64,000 nt of DNA from Octopus bimaculoides (taxonomy: Eukaryota). The stretch spans positions 17,326,390 to 17,390,389 of the forward strand of contig NC_069002.1 in assembly GCF_001194135.2 (NCBI RefSeq). Reading direction: 5' to 3'. The translations under genes were made by a program, and so were the position numbers. This document shows positions 11,606 to 24,020 of the stretch, one piece after another; the first letter of the stretch is position 1; each line of letters starts with the position of its first letter. The notes below the pieces were generated by a model, which searched no databases, was not told where the DNA came from, and saw only the letters and a list, made by a program, of their open reading frames with translations.

Positions 11606-12064
11606 ATTACTGTCTTAATGGAAGTTGCATGGCCTAGTGGTTAGGGCACACACGTTGACTGAAATATTAACTACTACAAGGTATGACCTCAGTGGTTAGA
11701 ATGTTAGTTTTGGACTGCAAGGTTATGAGTTCAGTTTCTTGACCAGGTGATGTACTAACACTGGAGTGATTGAATGTGAGACATGACTAAAGAGTCATTA
11801 CAGTCCCATGTGTTTACAGGCTGCATATTTCATGATACGAGCACTAGAGAGTTTGTATAGTCCTAGGATGTGCACATTGTTCAAGTGACCAAGGAGGCAA
11901 TTAGAAGAGATTGAGAGCAACAATGTCAGATAGCCCAGAGTGAGTGAGTGGCAGGAGCAGAAATATGATGTGCAAGGCAGGGTTCTTTGGGGTTTGGTTA
12001 GGAGGTGGCAGTGGGGGTTGGCAACAACAGTAAGTGTGGGTGATGAGATAAAGGTAAGGGTAAA

Positions 12065-12390
12065 TCTTTTATCTTTTACTTGTTTCTTTTACTGGAGCAC
12101 CGCCTTCAATTGTTAGTTGACTGAATCGACCCCAGGACTTAGTTTTTTTAAGTCTGGTACTTATCCTGTTGGTTCCTTTTGCCAAACCACTTAGTTATGG
12201 GGACACAAACACACACACACACAGATATACAATGGGCTTCTTTCAGTTTCTATTTGCCAAATCCACTCACAAGATTTTTGTTGGGCTGACGCTATAGTAG
12301 AAGATGCCCAAGATGCCATGCAGTGGGACTGAACCTGGAACTATGTGGTTGGGAAGCAAGCTTCTTACCACAGAACCACACCTGCAACCT
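12065..12390 (-). mobile_element. SINE family A
   Basis: ggagcaccgcc...aatcgaccccaggact...cagtgggactgaacctggaactatgtggttgggaagcaagctt. Confidence 0.8.
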
Positions 12391-13100
12391 TATCTTCAGA
12401 GATGTTACCTAGAGGTTAAAAATCTTATTACAGAAGGTTTAAAAATAAAGGTTCCTTGTCTGAACCCATTGCATAAATGCACATCTAAGAATAAGATGCC
12501 TGATGATGATGTTGACAATGTTTCCATGTCATAAAGACAAGGTCAATAATATGAAATATTGCAGCCACATGTTCTATATTTCTGTAGTTTTTCTACTCTA
12601 ATGATTCTGTCAGGTCACTGCTTTATCTAGGATTATAGTATCCAATGTGTCCTTCACGATTTAAGATGGCAGAGCATGATTCAAGAAATAATTGGTTGCC
12701 ATTTCTAGCCAATCAAGCAATCACATGGAGGTATCATTCATTGATTCATAGCTGTGACCTTTTGATTCAATAGGTTAAGGGACTCACTTCACATTGAACA
12801 AAGTTCATGTTTTGGTTGTTATTTTCCAATTGTTAATCAGTCTTTAAAACTGTCTTCAGATTCTCCAGACATACTGAAACTATTTCCATAATATAGGTTG
12901 TCTTTCTTTTTTCCCCTTGTTAAGTAGATTCTTGTTGCCATGGTTTCACTACCAGTTGTAGTGAAATCAGAATTGTAGTGAATCAGAAATGTTTCCACCC
13001 TGATTGTCCTTTATTGGCGTCAGATATATGTGTGTACCTTTGTTCATTCATTTGTGTGTTTGGTTTGTGTATGTGTCTTTGATTTTGTGTATGCATCTGT

Positions 13101-13164
<64 letters not shown>

Positions 13165-14250
13165 TCTGATGCTATACATTTTAAATACTTTTAGAAATTA
13201 ATAAGTAATTATGGCGACAGGCAAAAAAGCTAAATCTGATTACAATGCGCTTGACATAAATTATGACATGGAATGTTGTTNNNNNNNNNNNNNNNNNNNN
13301 NNNNNNNNNNNNNNNNNNNNNNNNNNNNNNNNNNNNNNNNNNNNNNNNNNNNNNNNNNNNNNNNNNNNNNNNNNNNNNNNNNNNNNNNNNNNNNNNNNNN
13401 NNNNNNNNNNNNNNNNNNNNNNNNNNNNNNNNNNNNNNNNNNNNNNNNNNNNNNNNNNNNNNNNNNNNNNNNNNNNNNNNNNNNNNNNNNNNNNNNNNNN
13501 NNNNNNNNNNNNNNNNNNNNNNNNNNNNNNNNNNNNNNNNNNNNNNNNNNNNNNNNNNNNNNNNNNNNNNNNNNNNNNNNNNNNNNNNNNNNNNNNNNNN
13601 NNNNNNNNNNNNNNNNNNNNNNNNNNNNNNNNNNNNNNNNNNNNNNNNNNNNNNNNNNNNNNNNNNNNNNNNNNNNNNNNNNNNNNNNNNNNNNNNNNNN
13701 NNNNNNNNNNNNNNNNNNNNNNNNNNNNNNNNNNNNNNNNNNNNNNNNNNNNNNNNNNNNNNNNNNNNNNNNNNNNNNNNNNNNNNNNNNNNNNNNNNNN
13801 NNNNNNNNNNNNNNNNNNNNNNNNNNNNNNNNNNNNNNNNNNNNNNNNNNNNNNNNNNNNNNNNNNNNNNNNNNNNNNNNNNNNNNNNNNNNNNNNNNNN
13901 NNNNNNNNNNNNNNNNNNNNNNNNNNNNNNNNNNNNNNNNNNNNNNNNNNNNNNNNNNNNNNNNNNNNNNNNNNNNNNNNNNNNNNNNNNNNNNNNNNNN
14001 NNNNNNNNNNNNNNNNNNNNNNNNNNNNNNNNNNNNNNNNNNNNNNNNNNNNNNNNNNNNNNNNNNNNNNNNNNNNNNNNNNNNNNNNNNNNNNNNNNNN
14101 NNNNNNNNNNNNNNNNNNNNNNNNNNNNNNNNNNNNNNNNNNNNNNNNNNNNNNNNNNNNNNNNNNNNNNNNNNNNNNNNNNNNNNNNNNNNNNNNNNNN
14201 NNNNNNNNNNNNNNNNNATATATATATATATATATATACATATATACACA

Positions 14251-15090
14251 CAGGGTGCGATGGGTAAATTGTCACCGGTTTATATTTTTAATTTTGCACA
14301 TGTGCATTGTTTGTTTTTGATTGTTGACTACACAGTTTGGTCAGTAGGGTCAGTTGGGCACCGTCTGTGAGAAAAACAGCATCATGATGCAATTCACTCT
14401 GCCAGAAATTTGGAAACAATATACTGTACTGCTTGACATTCATGCTGGAAGCTCCAATATGATCATTTCAGAGTGTTTGTGTGTCAATCTGAGGATGGTG
14501 CAATCTGAGGACATGTACCAAGAGTAATAAAAATCAAACATCCAGTCAACATCATGGTGTTTGAAGTGATTGCTAATGATGGCGATGTTATGCCACCATT
14601 CATCTTCCCACATGGCCTCACACTCAACACGGAGGCCTACATCAAGTACCTGGAGGAGGTATTGCTGCCCTGGGTCAAGAGGGTGGCTGCTGGAAGACCC
14701 TATGTTAGGCAACAGGACTCTGCACCATGCCACACAAGCAAGAGAACCCAGTCATGGCTGTCAGACATTTTCTGTGACCAAATCACCCCCAATATCTGAC
14801 CACCTAACTCCCCAGACTGCAATCCTTCCCTTGATTATTATGTGTGGGGTGCAGTTGAGCAAGAGATCAACAAAACTCCTTGTAACACCAAAGATGATCC
14901 GAAGTCAAAGATTATGGCAGTATTTACTAACTTAAACAAGGAGACCTTCCAGAAGAGTTACAGGAGATTCCTAAGTCATCTGGAGGCCATGGTTCAAGAC
15001 ATTGGCTATTTTATTGAATAAATTTACGTAAGAATATCTATGAAATGAGATGTCAGTGTTATTTTCATTTTTGCGTAATTTAGGCAGCAG
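14251..15090 (+). mobile_element. Internally deleted maT (DD37D-type) Tc1/mariner transposon, transposase pseudogene
   Basis: Starts CAGGGTG. N-terminal remnant from ATG 14384 joins the catalytic half ...QQDSAPCH...I*PPNSPDCNPSLDYYVWG...FIE* (stop 15019-21). D-to-D spacing is 38 as read, 37 without one extra TCC codon. Right TIR not recognisable. Confidence 0.8.
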
Positions 15091-15114
15091 ATTATTCACT
15101 GTGTGTGTGTGTGA

Positions 15115-15410
15115 ATGTAGTGTCTTCCACTGATCTGACCAAACCCTTGTTAGTGGATTTGGTAGATGGAAACTGAAAGAAGCCCAATGTATGTGCATGT
15201 ACACTTGCCTAGCCATCATGTGATTGTTGTAAATGAGCATCGTCACACAAACAAGTTTATTTGTTTCCAGTCTTCTTTGAAAAACATGTCTGGCCATGAG
15301 AAAATATAAAGTTGCTTGAGAACAGATGAGTGTTGGCAATAGCCTCAACAAATTCCACCTGACCCATGCAAGCATGGAAAAGGGGACACTAAAACAATGA
15401 GGACGACGTT
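15115..15410 (+). mobile_element. SINE A2 (family-A core plus RTE-type tail)
   Basis: gtggatttggtagatggaaactgaaagaagccc ... cccatgcaagcatggaaaaggggacactaaaacaatgagg. Confidence 0.65.
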
Positions 15411-15413
15411 GAT

Positions 15414-15637
15414 TTAACCTTTTAGTATTTAAACTGTCAGGCCAAAATATTCTATCTGTTTTATGCTCAAACTGGTCAGAACCAGCCCCTCACATGAACC
15501 CTACAATATCACAGTAAACATTAACAGTTAGCTCATCAAAATTTCAAAAGCTACAAAATAAATGCATCATTAATTCAAAACAATGTGAATAAATAATCAT
15601 TACTTTTGACTGAGTAATGTGAATGCTAAAGGATTAC
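15414..15637. mobile_element. piggyBac-type MITE (~220 bp), same family as 23593-25611
   Basis: TTAACCTTTTAGTATTTAAAC ... GAGTAATGTGAATGCTAAAGGATTA. Confidence 0.7.
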
Positions 15638-16373
15638 AGAAGATTTGGTTGTGTTGCTATTTCTAGCAAGTTGAGTGACCACATTTGAGGCTCCCTTTAT
15701 GTGATCAGTCATCAGATGTTAGAATTAAAAACAACATTTAATTCGTTTAATTCTTATAATCTGTCTAGCTGAAAATAGGTGTTGTGTGCATCAGTGGATG
15801 TTTACTTAGGCTTGTTTCCCAGTAACCCATCTGGCTAGATCAACAAAGTGCTGACCCTTCTAGCTACAGGGTTGGACATTGTCATCCTGTTACTTGGTGC
15901 TGCTTAGATGTATCCCTGGTAAAGATATCTGATGCTCACAGACCCTGTTTCCTTAACTTCTTATGAGATTACCATGAGGTGGTGGAAGAAGTGGGAGTGA
16001 AGTTCACAATTTTCAGAACCAGTTTTACAAATCTGTTTGTTGTTCAGTTAGTCTACAGTATTCATCATCATCAACAACAACAACAAACACATTTAACATC
16101 TGCTTTCCATGTTGGTATGGATTGGACAGCTAGGCAGGAACTGGCAAGACCAGGGACCACACCAGGTTCCATAGTCTGTTTTGGCTTGGTTTCTACAGCT
16201 GGATGCCGTTCCTAACGCCAACCACTTTACAGAGTGTACTGGGTGCTTTTTACGTGGCACCATCACCAGTGCTTTTTACATGGCACCAGTGTTACATTTA
16301 TATATTCTCACATGTATGTGTGTGTATACACTTGTGTATATGTGTGTGTGTGTACAAGAAGGTGTTATTTATA

Positions 16374-17235
16374 TATTGAGTTGAGGAATAATTCATGAGC
16401 GTTTTTTTTTTTTCTCAAATTTATTTTAAACAAAAAAGCTATGACAAATTAATGAATAATATACTCTCTATTGTTGTTTATGACTTCTTCCTGTTGTTTA
16501 ATAAGTTTGTCAATGCCTAGGCAATAGAAATCTCCTGGTCTTGAAACAAAGAATTCGTCCAGCTGAGGCCTCAATTCCACATCATTATTGAACAATACAC
16601 CATGCAAAGTGTTCGCAAGAGATGAAAATCTGATGGTGCCAAGTCTGGAAAGTATGGAGGATGAGACAGCACTTCCCATTTGAGTTCTTGAATCGCGGCT
16701 TTGGTCATATTGGCGATGTGAACCTTGCCCTTTGAGTGAAGGTGGTTCACCACAGTTTTTTTATTACAATTCATCTGCTCTGCCAATTCCCTGGTCATTT
16801 GATGTGGATTTTCATGAAGAAGTTTATTCAATCTCTCTTCATCGAACTCAATTGGTTGACCAGTGTGCGATCCATCCATGAGGTAAAAATTCCCATTTTT
16901 GAAGTGCGAAAACCAACGGCGAGCAATACTTTGAGGCATTATTCCTTCTCCATACACAGCACAAATCTCACAAGCAGCTTTGGTGGCTTTAACACCTTGA
17001 TTAAATGCCAAAATCAAATGGTGTCGAAAATGCTCAGTTTTGTTCATTTGACATTCCATTTTAATGATCTGGAAATACACAAAAATCAATAAAATTAAAA
17101 AATCAAAACACACTAACTTGTAGAGCAAAAAAGTTCTCTTTTAAATAACAGTAAACATTTTGCCAATGTGTTTTATTTCTGCGTGCATTTTTTAAATTTG
17201 AAACAAACACTCATGGATTATTCTTCAACCCAATA
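16374..17235 (-). mobile_element. Internally deleted mariner element with both TIRs and TA duplications
   Basis: Left TATTGAGTTGAGGAATAATTCATGAGCG vs reverse complement of right TATTGGGTTGAAGAATAATCCATGAGTG (4 mismatches). Confidence 0.9.
16571..17059 (-). pseudogene. Mariner transposase: HTH domain fused in frame to the distal catalytic segment
   Basis: MECQMNKTEHFRH...RRWFSHFKNG...NHLHSKGKV|HIANMTKAAIQELKWEVLSHPPYFPDLAPSDFHLLR. The WVPHEL linker and first two catalytic Asp are missing. Confidence 0.9.
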
Positions 17236-18149
17236 TATGCGCATGCGCACACACACACAAACACACAGAGGCATGGTTGTGGGGCTGAGCAGTTTGCTTT
17301 GCATCCGCATAATCTTAAGTTTGGTCCCACTGCATACTATTTTTCGCAACTGTCTTCAACTACAACCATGACTATCCTATCTTACTTTGTATCTGAGACC
17401 ACATTGTCTAAATTGTGCATCTTTATTAAAAATGGTAGCATATTATTGAAGGGAATTTTGGTTACCATTTCTAGCAGGACAAGAGACCACAACATAGCAA
17501 TGCCTTTATTGGTAGGTGACATATGCTGGAATCTATAATGAAAGCTTTAATTGGGATTAATCAAGAATCCCTTGCTACCAGCACCCACCCTACATTATAA
17601 TATTCCAAGCAGTCTTTACAAGGTTTGTCTGCAAGAAATAGCAGCCAAACTTTCCAGAAACAACATCCTACTCTTTTAATTAATTTTAATTAAGGAACAA
17701 CACTATTAGACAATCTCATTCTAAACATACAAAATAATTTAGGGTGGTCATGTTTGGAGTGTCTTTTGTGATAGGTCTGCTCAGCTAGTATTGACCTGGT
17801 GCTAAACAACAGCAACGAAAATAACATTCCAGACCCCTTCCCCCAGCCTAGCCTATGCTTTTTTGTTGACTGAATTACAAGAAATGAATAAATGAATGTA
17901 AGAATCAAAGAATGAAAGAATATATCAGTTTTAGTTTTTCTTACGTGTACAACCTTACCTATTGACCTGACACAGTGAAGGACCTATAGATTGGTAAAAC
18001 AAAATAAGACAAAAAAAATTGATTGATTTATTGCATTTTCTTTTATAAAATTTTCCCCACCCTGTTTTTTTTCTTTTTTTTTTCTTTCTATAAACAGCAT
18101 TTTTGTTTCCATATTCTAACGCAATGGTAACATGAAATTTTTTCTATTT

Positions 18150-18500
18150 TCATCTTTTACTCGTTTCAGTCATCAGACTACAACCATGCTTGGGCACCAC
18201 CGTTAAGAATTATTAGTCAAATGAATCACCCCCAGTTCTTATTTTTTTGAGTCTAGTACTTATTCTGTCAGACTCTTTGCTGAACCACTAAGTTATGGAG
18301 ACGTAAACAAACTATCACCAGTTATCAAGCAGTCATAGGGGAGGAAGTAAAGACACACACACACAGACCCCCACCCACCCACACACGCACTCACACATAT
18401 GTATATATCACAGGCTTCTTTGGCTGGCTCAAGGCTTTAGTTGAAGGTGCTTTCCTAAGGTGCCATGCAGTTGAACCATGTGTTCGAGAAGCCAACTTCT
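18150..18500 (-). mobile_element. SINE family A
   Basis: catcttttactcgtttcagtc...ttaaggtgccatgcag..gaaccatgtg. Confidence 0.7.
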
Positions 18501-19313
18501 TACCACTTTTTTTCCCTTTCGTTATATAAATATCTTCGAGCATCAAATATTCTTTCCAAAGAGGAAACCCTGCAGTTACTAAATTCTCAGAATTTCGATT
18601 CCCAGACCAGGCTGTGTGTTGTGTATTGGCCTTTGCCTTTCTCTTGGATAACATCAGTGGCATAGATAGGGGAAGCTGGTATGCATGGGCGACTGCTGGT
18701 CTTCCACAAACAACCTTGCCCAGACTTGTGCCTCGATGGGAAATTTTCTAGGTGCAATCCTATAATCATTCATCACTGAAGTTCATAGTCATTCATGACC
18801 CTGTTTAACCCCAGACTAGTTCTGATTCAGCAGACCTATGATCGAGAAACAGTCCTAGGTTCACAATATCATTTTTTGTTATTTATTAAACTATTTTCTT
18901 CAGGCATTGTATATCTAAGGCTATATTCTACAGCCAGATGCCTTACCTCTCACCAACCCTCACCTGTTTTCAAGCAAGATATTTCCCCATGGCCAGACAG
19001 AATATTCAAAATAAATGACACTGCTTGTCTGACAGTGATGCTCATTTACAATTATCATGCAATGTCAAGACAAAGAGACATGCACATCATTCCATGCAGT
19101 GGGACTGAACCCGAAACCATGTCGTTGGGAAGCAAACTTCTTATCATTACACTGCCATGCCTGCCTGCTCTGAACCACAAAGACATGCTTCTATGTAGCC
19201 ATCTATAGCTGTACATTTCTTTTTATTTATAAAGAATTTATAAAGAACAAGTTACAGCCCTCAAATAGATAAAAAAAATATATGCAGCTCTTCACTACTT
19301 GGCCACCCTGTTA

Positions 19314-19868
19314 TACAGGATGTCCCAGAATTAGCTATCTATTTCAAAGAAATTGGGCAAATTTTAAAAGAACTGACAGAATTTTATTATGTTTATTACT
19401 TAATTATAATACCAAAAGAAATAGATTTATGTCAAAACTATATTGAAAATTTTCAGCATATGCTCTGTCCTGTATGTCTGAAAATTTCAGATCTGTCCTT
19501 AGCATTGTGATACACACTTTGAAGCATTTCAGAACTTATCTCCCGCACTGCTAACTGAATGTGTTCTATGCTCCATCCTGAGGATGGAGAAAACGACTGC
19601 AGCCAAATTGAAAACAAACTGCCATGGATAGATAAGTTGGAGCCAACAGGAATAAGAATAAAATTATTAAAAAAACCCATGAAGATTATAAAATGATAAA
19701 CATATAGGCGCAGGAGTGGCCGTGTGGTAAGTAGCTTGCTTACCAACCACATGGTTCTGGGTTCAGTCCCACTGCGTGGCACCTCGGGCAAATGTCTTCT
19801 ACTATAGCCTTGGGCCGACCAAAGCCTTGTGAGTGCATTTGGTAGACGGAAACTGAAAGAAGCCCATC

Positions 19869-19900
<32 letters not shown>

Positions 19901-20192
19901 GTGTATATGTTTGTGTGTCTGTGTTTGCCCCCCCAACATCGCTTGACAACCGATGCTGGTGTGTTTACGTCCCTGTAACTTAGTAGTTCGGCAAACGAGA
20001 CCGATAGAATAAGTACTAGGCTTACAAAGAATAAGTCCTGGGGTCGATTTTCTCGACTAAAGGCGGTGCTCCAGCATGGCTGCGGTCAAATGACTGAAAC
20101 AAGTAAAAGAGTAAAAGAATAAATAAAAGTGATTTCTTTTTTTTTTTAAATTTCCAATCACTGAAATAGATAGTTAATTCTGAGACACCCTG
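19314..20192 (-). mobile_element. Tc1/mariner-type deletion derivative with 31-bp TIRs, interrupted by a SINE
   Basis: Left TA|CAGGATGTCCCAGAATTAGCTATCTATTTCA; right end reverse complement CAGGGTGTCTCAGAATTAACTATCTATTTCA. Minus strand IEHIQLAVREISSEMLQSVYHNAKDR resembles a Tc1-type transposase C-terminus. Confidence 0.7.
19700..20125 (+). mobile_element. Young-looking full-length SINE family A
   Basis: ggcgcaggagtggccgtgtggtaagtagc...ggttcagtccc...(TA)n...gactgaaacaagtaaaagagtaaaaga; CpGs retained. Confidence 0.9.
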
Positions 20193-20588
20193 TGTATAAA
20201 TGTTTTGTAAATTTATATTCCAAACATCACCTAATAATAAATAAGTTGTTTTAGTAGTTCCCTTCAAATTCTTGATTATTTTCAAAATTAATTGAAACAA
20301 GAACTGGAAATTCACTACAAATCTGTTACAAAAGAGTTAAAATTAAATTCGGATAATGTAGCTCTAAAAGCGTTGTCTTAATGAAAAAGGCCAGAAGGTC
20401 ATGCTTGGAATGCCTTTGATCACTGGGACTAAACAGCAACAACAACAACAACAAGGAGCTATATATTACTCATACACTGTTTCTTCTCTCTGCATCTTCT
20501 GCTGCTACTAAAACAGTTTTTGTCCCCAGTGAACTACTGAACTCCATACACTTCTCCCCCCAGATCTGTTTTAACCCCATTTTGTTCC

Positions 20589-20612
20589 TAACCCTAACCC
20601 TAACCCTAACCC
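20589..20612. repeat. (TAACCC)4 interstitial telomere-type repeat
   Basis: Four perfect TAACCC units, i.e. TTAGGG on the minus strand. Confidence 0.8.
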
Positions 20613-20899
20613 TTGCTGTGTCTCATCATCCAGATCCTGAACTAAACACATCACTCAGTACTTCCTTCCCAGAACAGCAAGGGAGGCCCTCTCATATTCT
20701 CACCTTTTTTTTCTTTCTTTTTACCTGCAGTTCTTTAGATGATGAATTGAACATTAATTATGTCAACTTCATCAGTCTGGATGGAGGTGGTGAGAGCTTA
20801 CACATAGTGTGGGCTTGGCCTCCCCTCCCACCTCTAACTTTGATTAAAAAAAAGAAAGAATTTTAATAGTATTGATGTATTGATAGTACTTAACAATTC

Positions 20900-21170
20900 T
20901 GCCTTCATTATCATCATCATCATCATCATCATAATCATCTTAATTTTTATCTTCATAGTCATTGTTATTACTTTCATAATTATTATTACTATCTTTGTAG
21001 TCATCATTACCATTTTCATAGTCATCATTAGTGTCTTCATCATCATCATCTTCATAATGTTTATTCATATTGTCTTTATCGTCTTCTTTATCATCATAGT
21101 TGTTATCATCATCATCATCATCATCATAGTCATCTCTGTCATCAGCTTCAAGTTCACCATTATCATCATT
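20900..21170. repeat. Degenerate (ATC)n low-complexity tract
   Basis: Directly visible; source of the poly-I and poly-M ORFs. Confidence 0.9.
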
Positions 21171-22056
21171 TCTCTAATAGAATCCCAGATCAACCCTGAT
21201 GGAGCAAACCTCCAAACAAAGATATTTCAGCCAGAACCATTTCTTTTGTATTTTTAAGACCTCATTAAGGTACCTAATTGGTAGAAACACTAAAGCATCA
21301 GGGAAAATGCTTTGCACTATTTGTTCCAGCTCTTCCAGTTTTTTGCTCAGGGTCAGCTTTGCCATTCATCCTTCTGTCAAGTACCACTCTGCAGTGGTGA
21401 TCAGCTGAATCGATAGGAAGTTGGGCATACTGCTTTGGTCTGAGTGCCAAGATGACTATGGTGGACTTATCCCTGTCTAGCTGACAAGCTGGTATCTTGT
21501 AAAAAATATTAGAAAGAAGGCCACAAGAAAGCACTTTGGTTTTTTTCCCATGAACATTCTAGGATAATAATACAGCCCTTGTCAAGGAAGTCACCAGGAA
21601 CCATTTTAAAACCTGATGGCAGAGAAAGAGGGACAGATAGGAGTAATGGAGATATTCTTTAAGGTTTGTTAAGAATGGTTGAGTGTGATTCGAGGGAGGT
21701 TTACTGCTATTACTGGTTGATCCAGTAACCATTTAGAGACTATCTTGCCTAGTATTAGAGATAGACGCTGTTGATTGTAGAAAGGAGGAGGGAAAATTGT
21801 GGGTGGTAATGTGATCGATGAGATATGGGAAAATGTGTGAAAGAGAGAATCAGTGATCAGGTTGTAGATCGACAACAGAATTTTTGAAACTTAATATAGC
21901 ATGTAAGGCTGTTACAACATAAACCAAAACTGTATATAACACACACACACACACACACACATATATACATACGTATATATACATATATGTATGTATAAAT
22001 GTTTATGTGTGTGTCTGTATACACACACATAGACACACACATATATATATATCAAT

Positions 22057-22087
<31 letters not shown>

Positions 22088-23607
22088 AGTGTTTGAAATG
22101 GCTCTCATGCAACACATGATCTCAAGTCTCAGATCAAGTCACTTGCCAGACAAGTACAACTCAGGAAAAAAAAAAGTTTTTTATTCTTTTGTACTGATTG
22201 AAGGTGACAGGGGATGGGAAGAGGAGGAGGAGGAGGTAGTAGCATTTGTGTAATAAGTAACTTAGAGTTTATACCTTAGACACTGAAAAGAAGTAATTGA
22301 AAGCTCACACACACATACATATAAACAGGTAAAACCAGTGGCTCTGAACCATATTTAGTCTACACTCCTCACTCCTCTCACATATGCGTTAACCATCTGT
22401 GTCCTGTGACTCTAATGCAATCTGTTCTCTCTCACACACACGCTCACACATACATGGTTTCTACTAATCAAGCAAGCAGACCCTGACAGAATTTCCATGC
22501 CCTGATTAGCAGCAATGTAAAAGCTTTTATTCAACACGAAACTCACTTTGGTATCCCTTGATTAGACTGCTTTACCCAGACAATTCAAAGGTTGGACTTC
22601 ATGTAAATGCTCTCCCCCCCCCCCCNNNNNNNNNNNNNNNNNNNNNNNNNNNNNNNNNNNNNNNNNNNNNNNNNCCCCCGTCCCACACTTTCCTTTCATC
22701 TGTTCACACTTGCTCTTCATCTGTGAGTAACATCCTCTCTTTCTTCAGCTCCAGCAGAGAGGTGGATGGAGTTTATAACTGGGAGTAAATGTTGAATTTG
22801 TTTGTTTTAAAGCAGAATAAATGGACTTAGGGATAATTTTAAAATTAGTCTCCTTGAAGCATGGCTATGTGCTTAAGGGGTTTGCTTTGCAACTGCATAG
22901 TTCCCAGTTCAATCCCTCTTGGGAAAGTGCTTTCTGTTATACCTTCAAGTTGACTCATAGCATGTAATCAGAATTTGTCAGATGGAAACTGCAGAAGTCC
23001 ATCGTGTGTGTGTGTGTGTGTGTGTGTTATGTCCCATAATATAGCAGTTCAACTAAAAGGAAATGATAAAATAGGTACTAATAGTGAGGTCAATAGGATG
23101 GACTAAACCCTTGGAAAGAAGTGCCCTAATTTGGCCATAAGCCAACAATTGAAACTAGAAAAAGAGTAAAAGAACAAATTTTCAATGTTTTGTATATAGG
23201 TATGTAGATATATATATATTTATACATGTTTTTAAAAAATATAAGAGTGTATAAAATATTTTTATGCACAAAGAGGAGACCATTGACAGGGCTCCTTATA
23301 TGCTAAAAAGCCAGTTAAAACCCAAACCATGAAAAAGAGAATTCATGAGTCATGCCAATTATAACACTAGAACGAACAAAAAATGAATCAGTTAATCCTC
23401 AGAATATACTTGCTGTTGTTTTTCTGATGGCACTACTGTGACCCCATTGAGAAATTGAGAGTCCATGGCATAGTATGGTCAAGCCTCAGTTACAGTATTG
23501 TCAATAGATTTTTATCTTATTTCTTGTGAAGCAAATCTTAAAGGTTTTTTTGTCTTTTATTTTTGCAGTAAATCATTTTAGTTTCATTTTGATTAACCCA
23601 TTAGCAT

Positions 23608-23833
23608 TTAACCCTTTAGTGTTTAAACCGGCCATATCCAGCCCAAATATTCTACGTTTTATATTCAAACTGGCCAGATCCAGCCTCTCACACCTAACCT
23701 ACATTGACATTCTAAAAATAAACAATCACATCATTGAAACCTCAAAGTTATAAGATAATGCATGATTAATTAAAAACAATTTGAGTGAAAAATTATTACA
23801 TTTAACAGAGTAATCAGAACACTAAAGGGTTAA
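23608..23833. mobile_element. Inner piggyBac-type MITE inserted at a TTAA
   Basis: TTAA|CCCTTTAG ... CTAAAGGG|TTAA; perfect 8-bp TIR core and TTAA duplication. Confidence 0.85.
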
Positions 23834-24020
23834 ACCAGCCATATTCAGCTCAGTTATTCTTCGTTTTATGTTTGAACCAGCCAGATCTGACTTCTCACAC
23901 TTACCCTGTAATGTCATTTTGAACGTAAACAATCACCTCATCAATATCTCAAAGTTGCAAGAAAATGCATGATTAATTCAAAACAAAGTGAATAAATAAC
24001 CACTACATTTGGTGGAGTAA

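Noticed and set aside
18160-18180. Minus-strand CTGATGA-CT-GAAAC resembling a hammerhead core
   Set aside because: Only 2 nt between core halves, so no stem II; it is a mutated SINE-A tail (gtttcagtcatttgactg).
19700-19790. tRNA-like sequences at SINE heads (also 61905-61970, 11540-11605)
   Set aside because: Box A/B are present but there is no full cloverleaf, and each continues into a SINE body; not tRNA genes.
20834-21257. Poly-I/poly-M, poly-C/L (57242-57525), poly-H/Q (39776-39991) and poly-T (50408-50707) ORFs
   Set aside because: Translations of triplet microsatellites with no splice or homology support.
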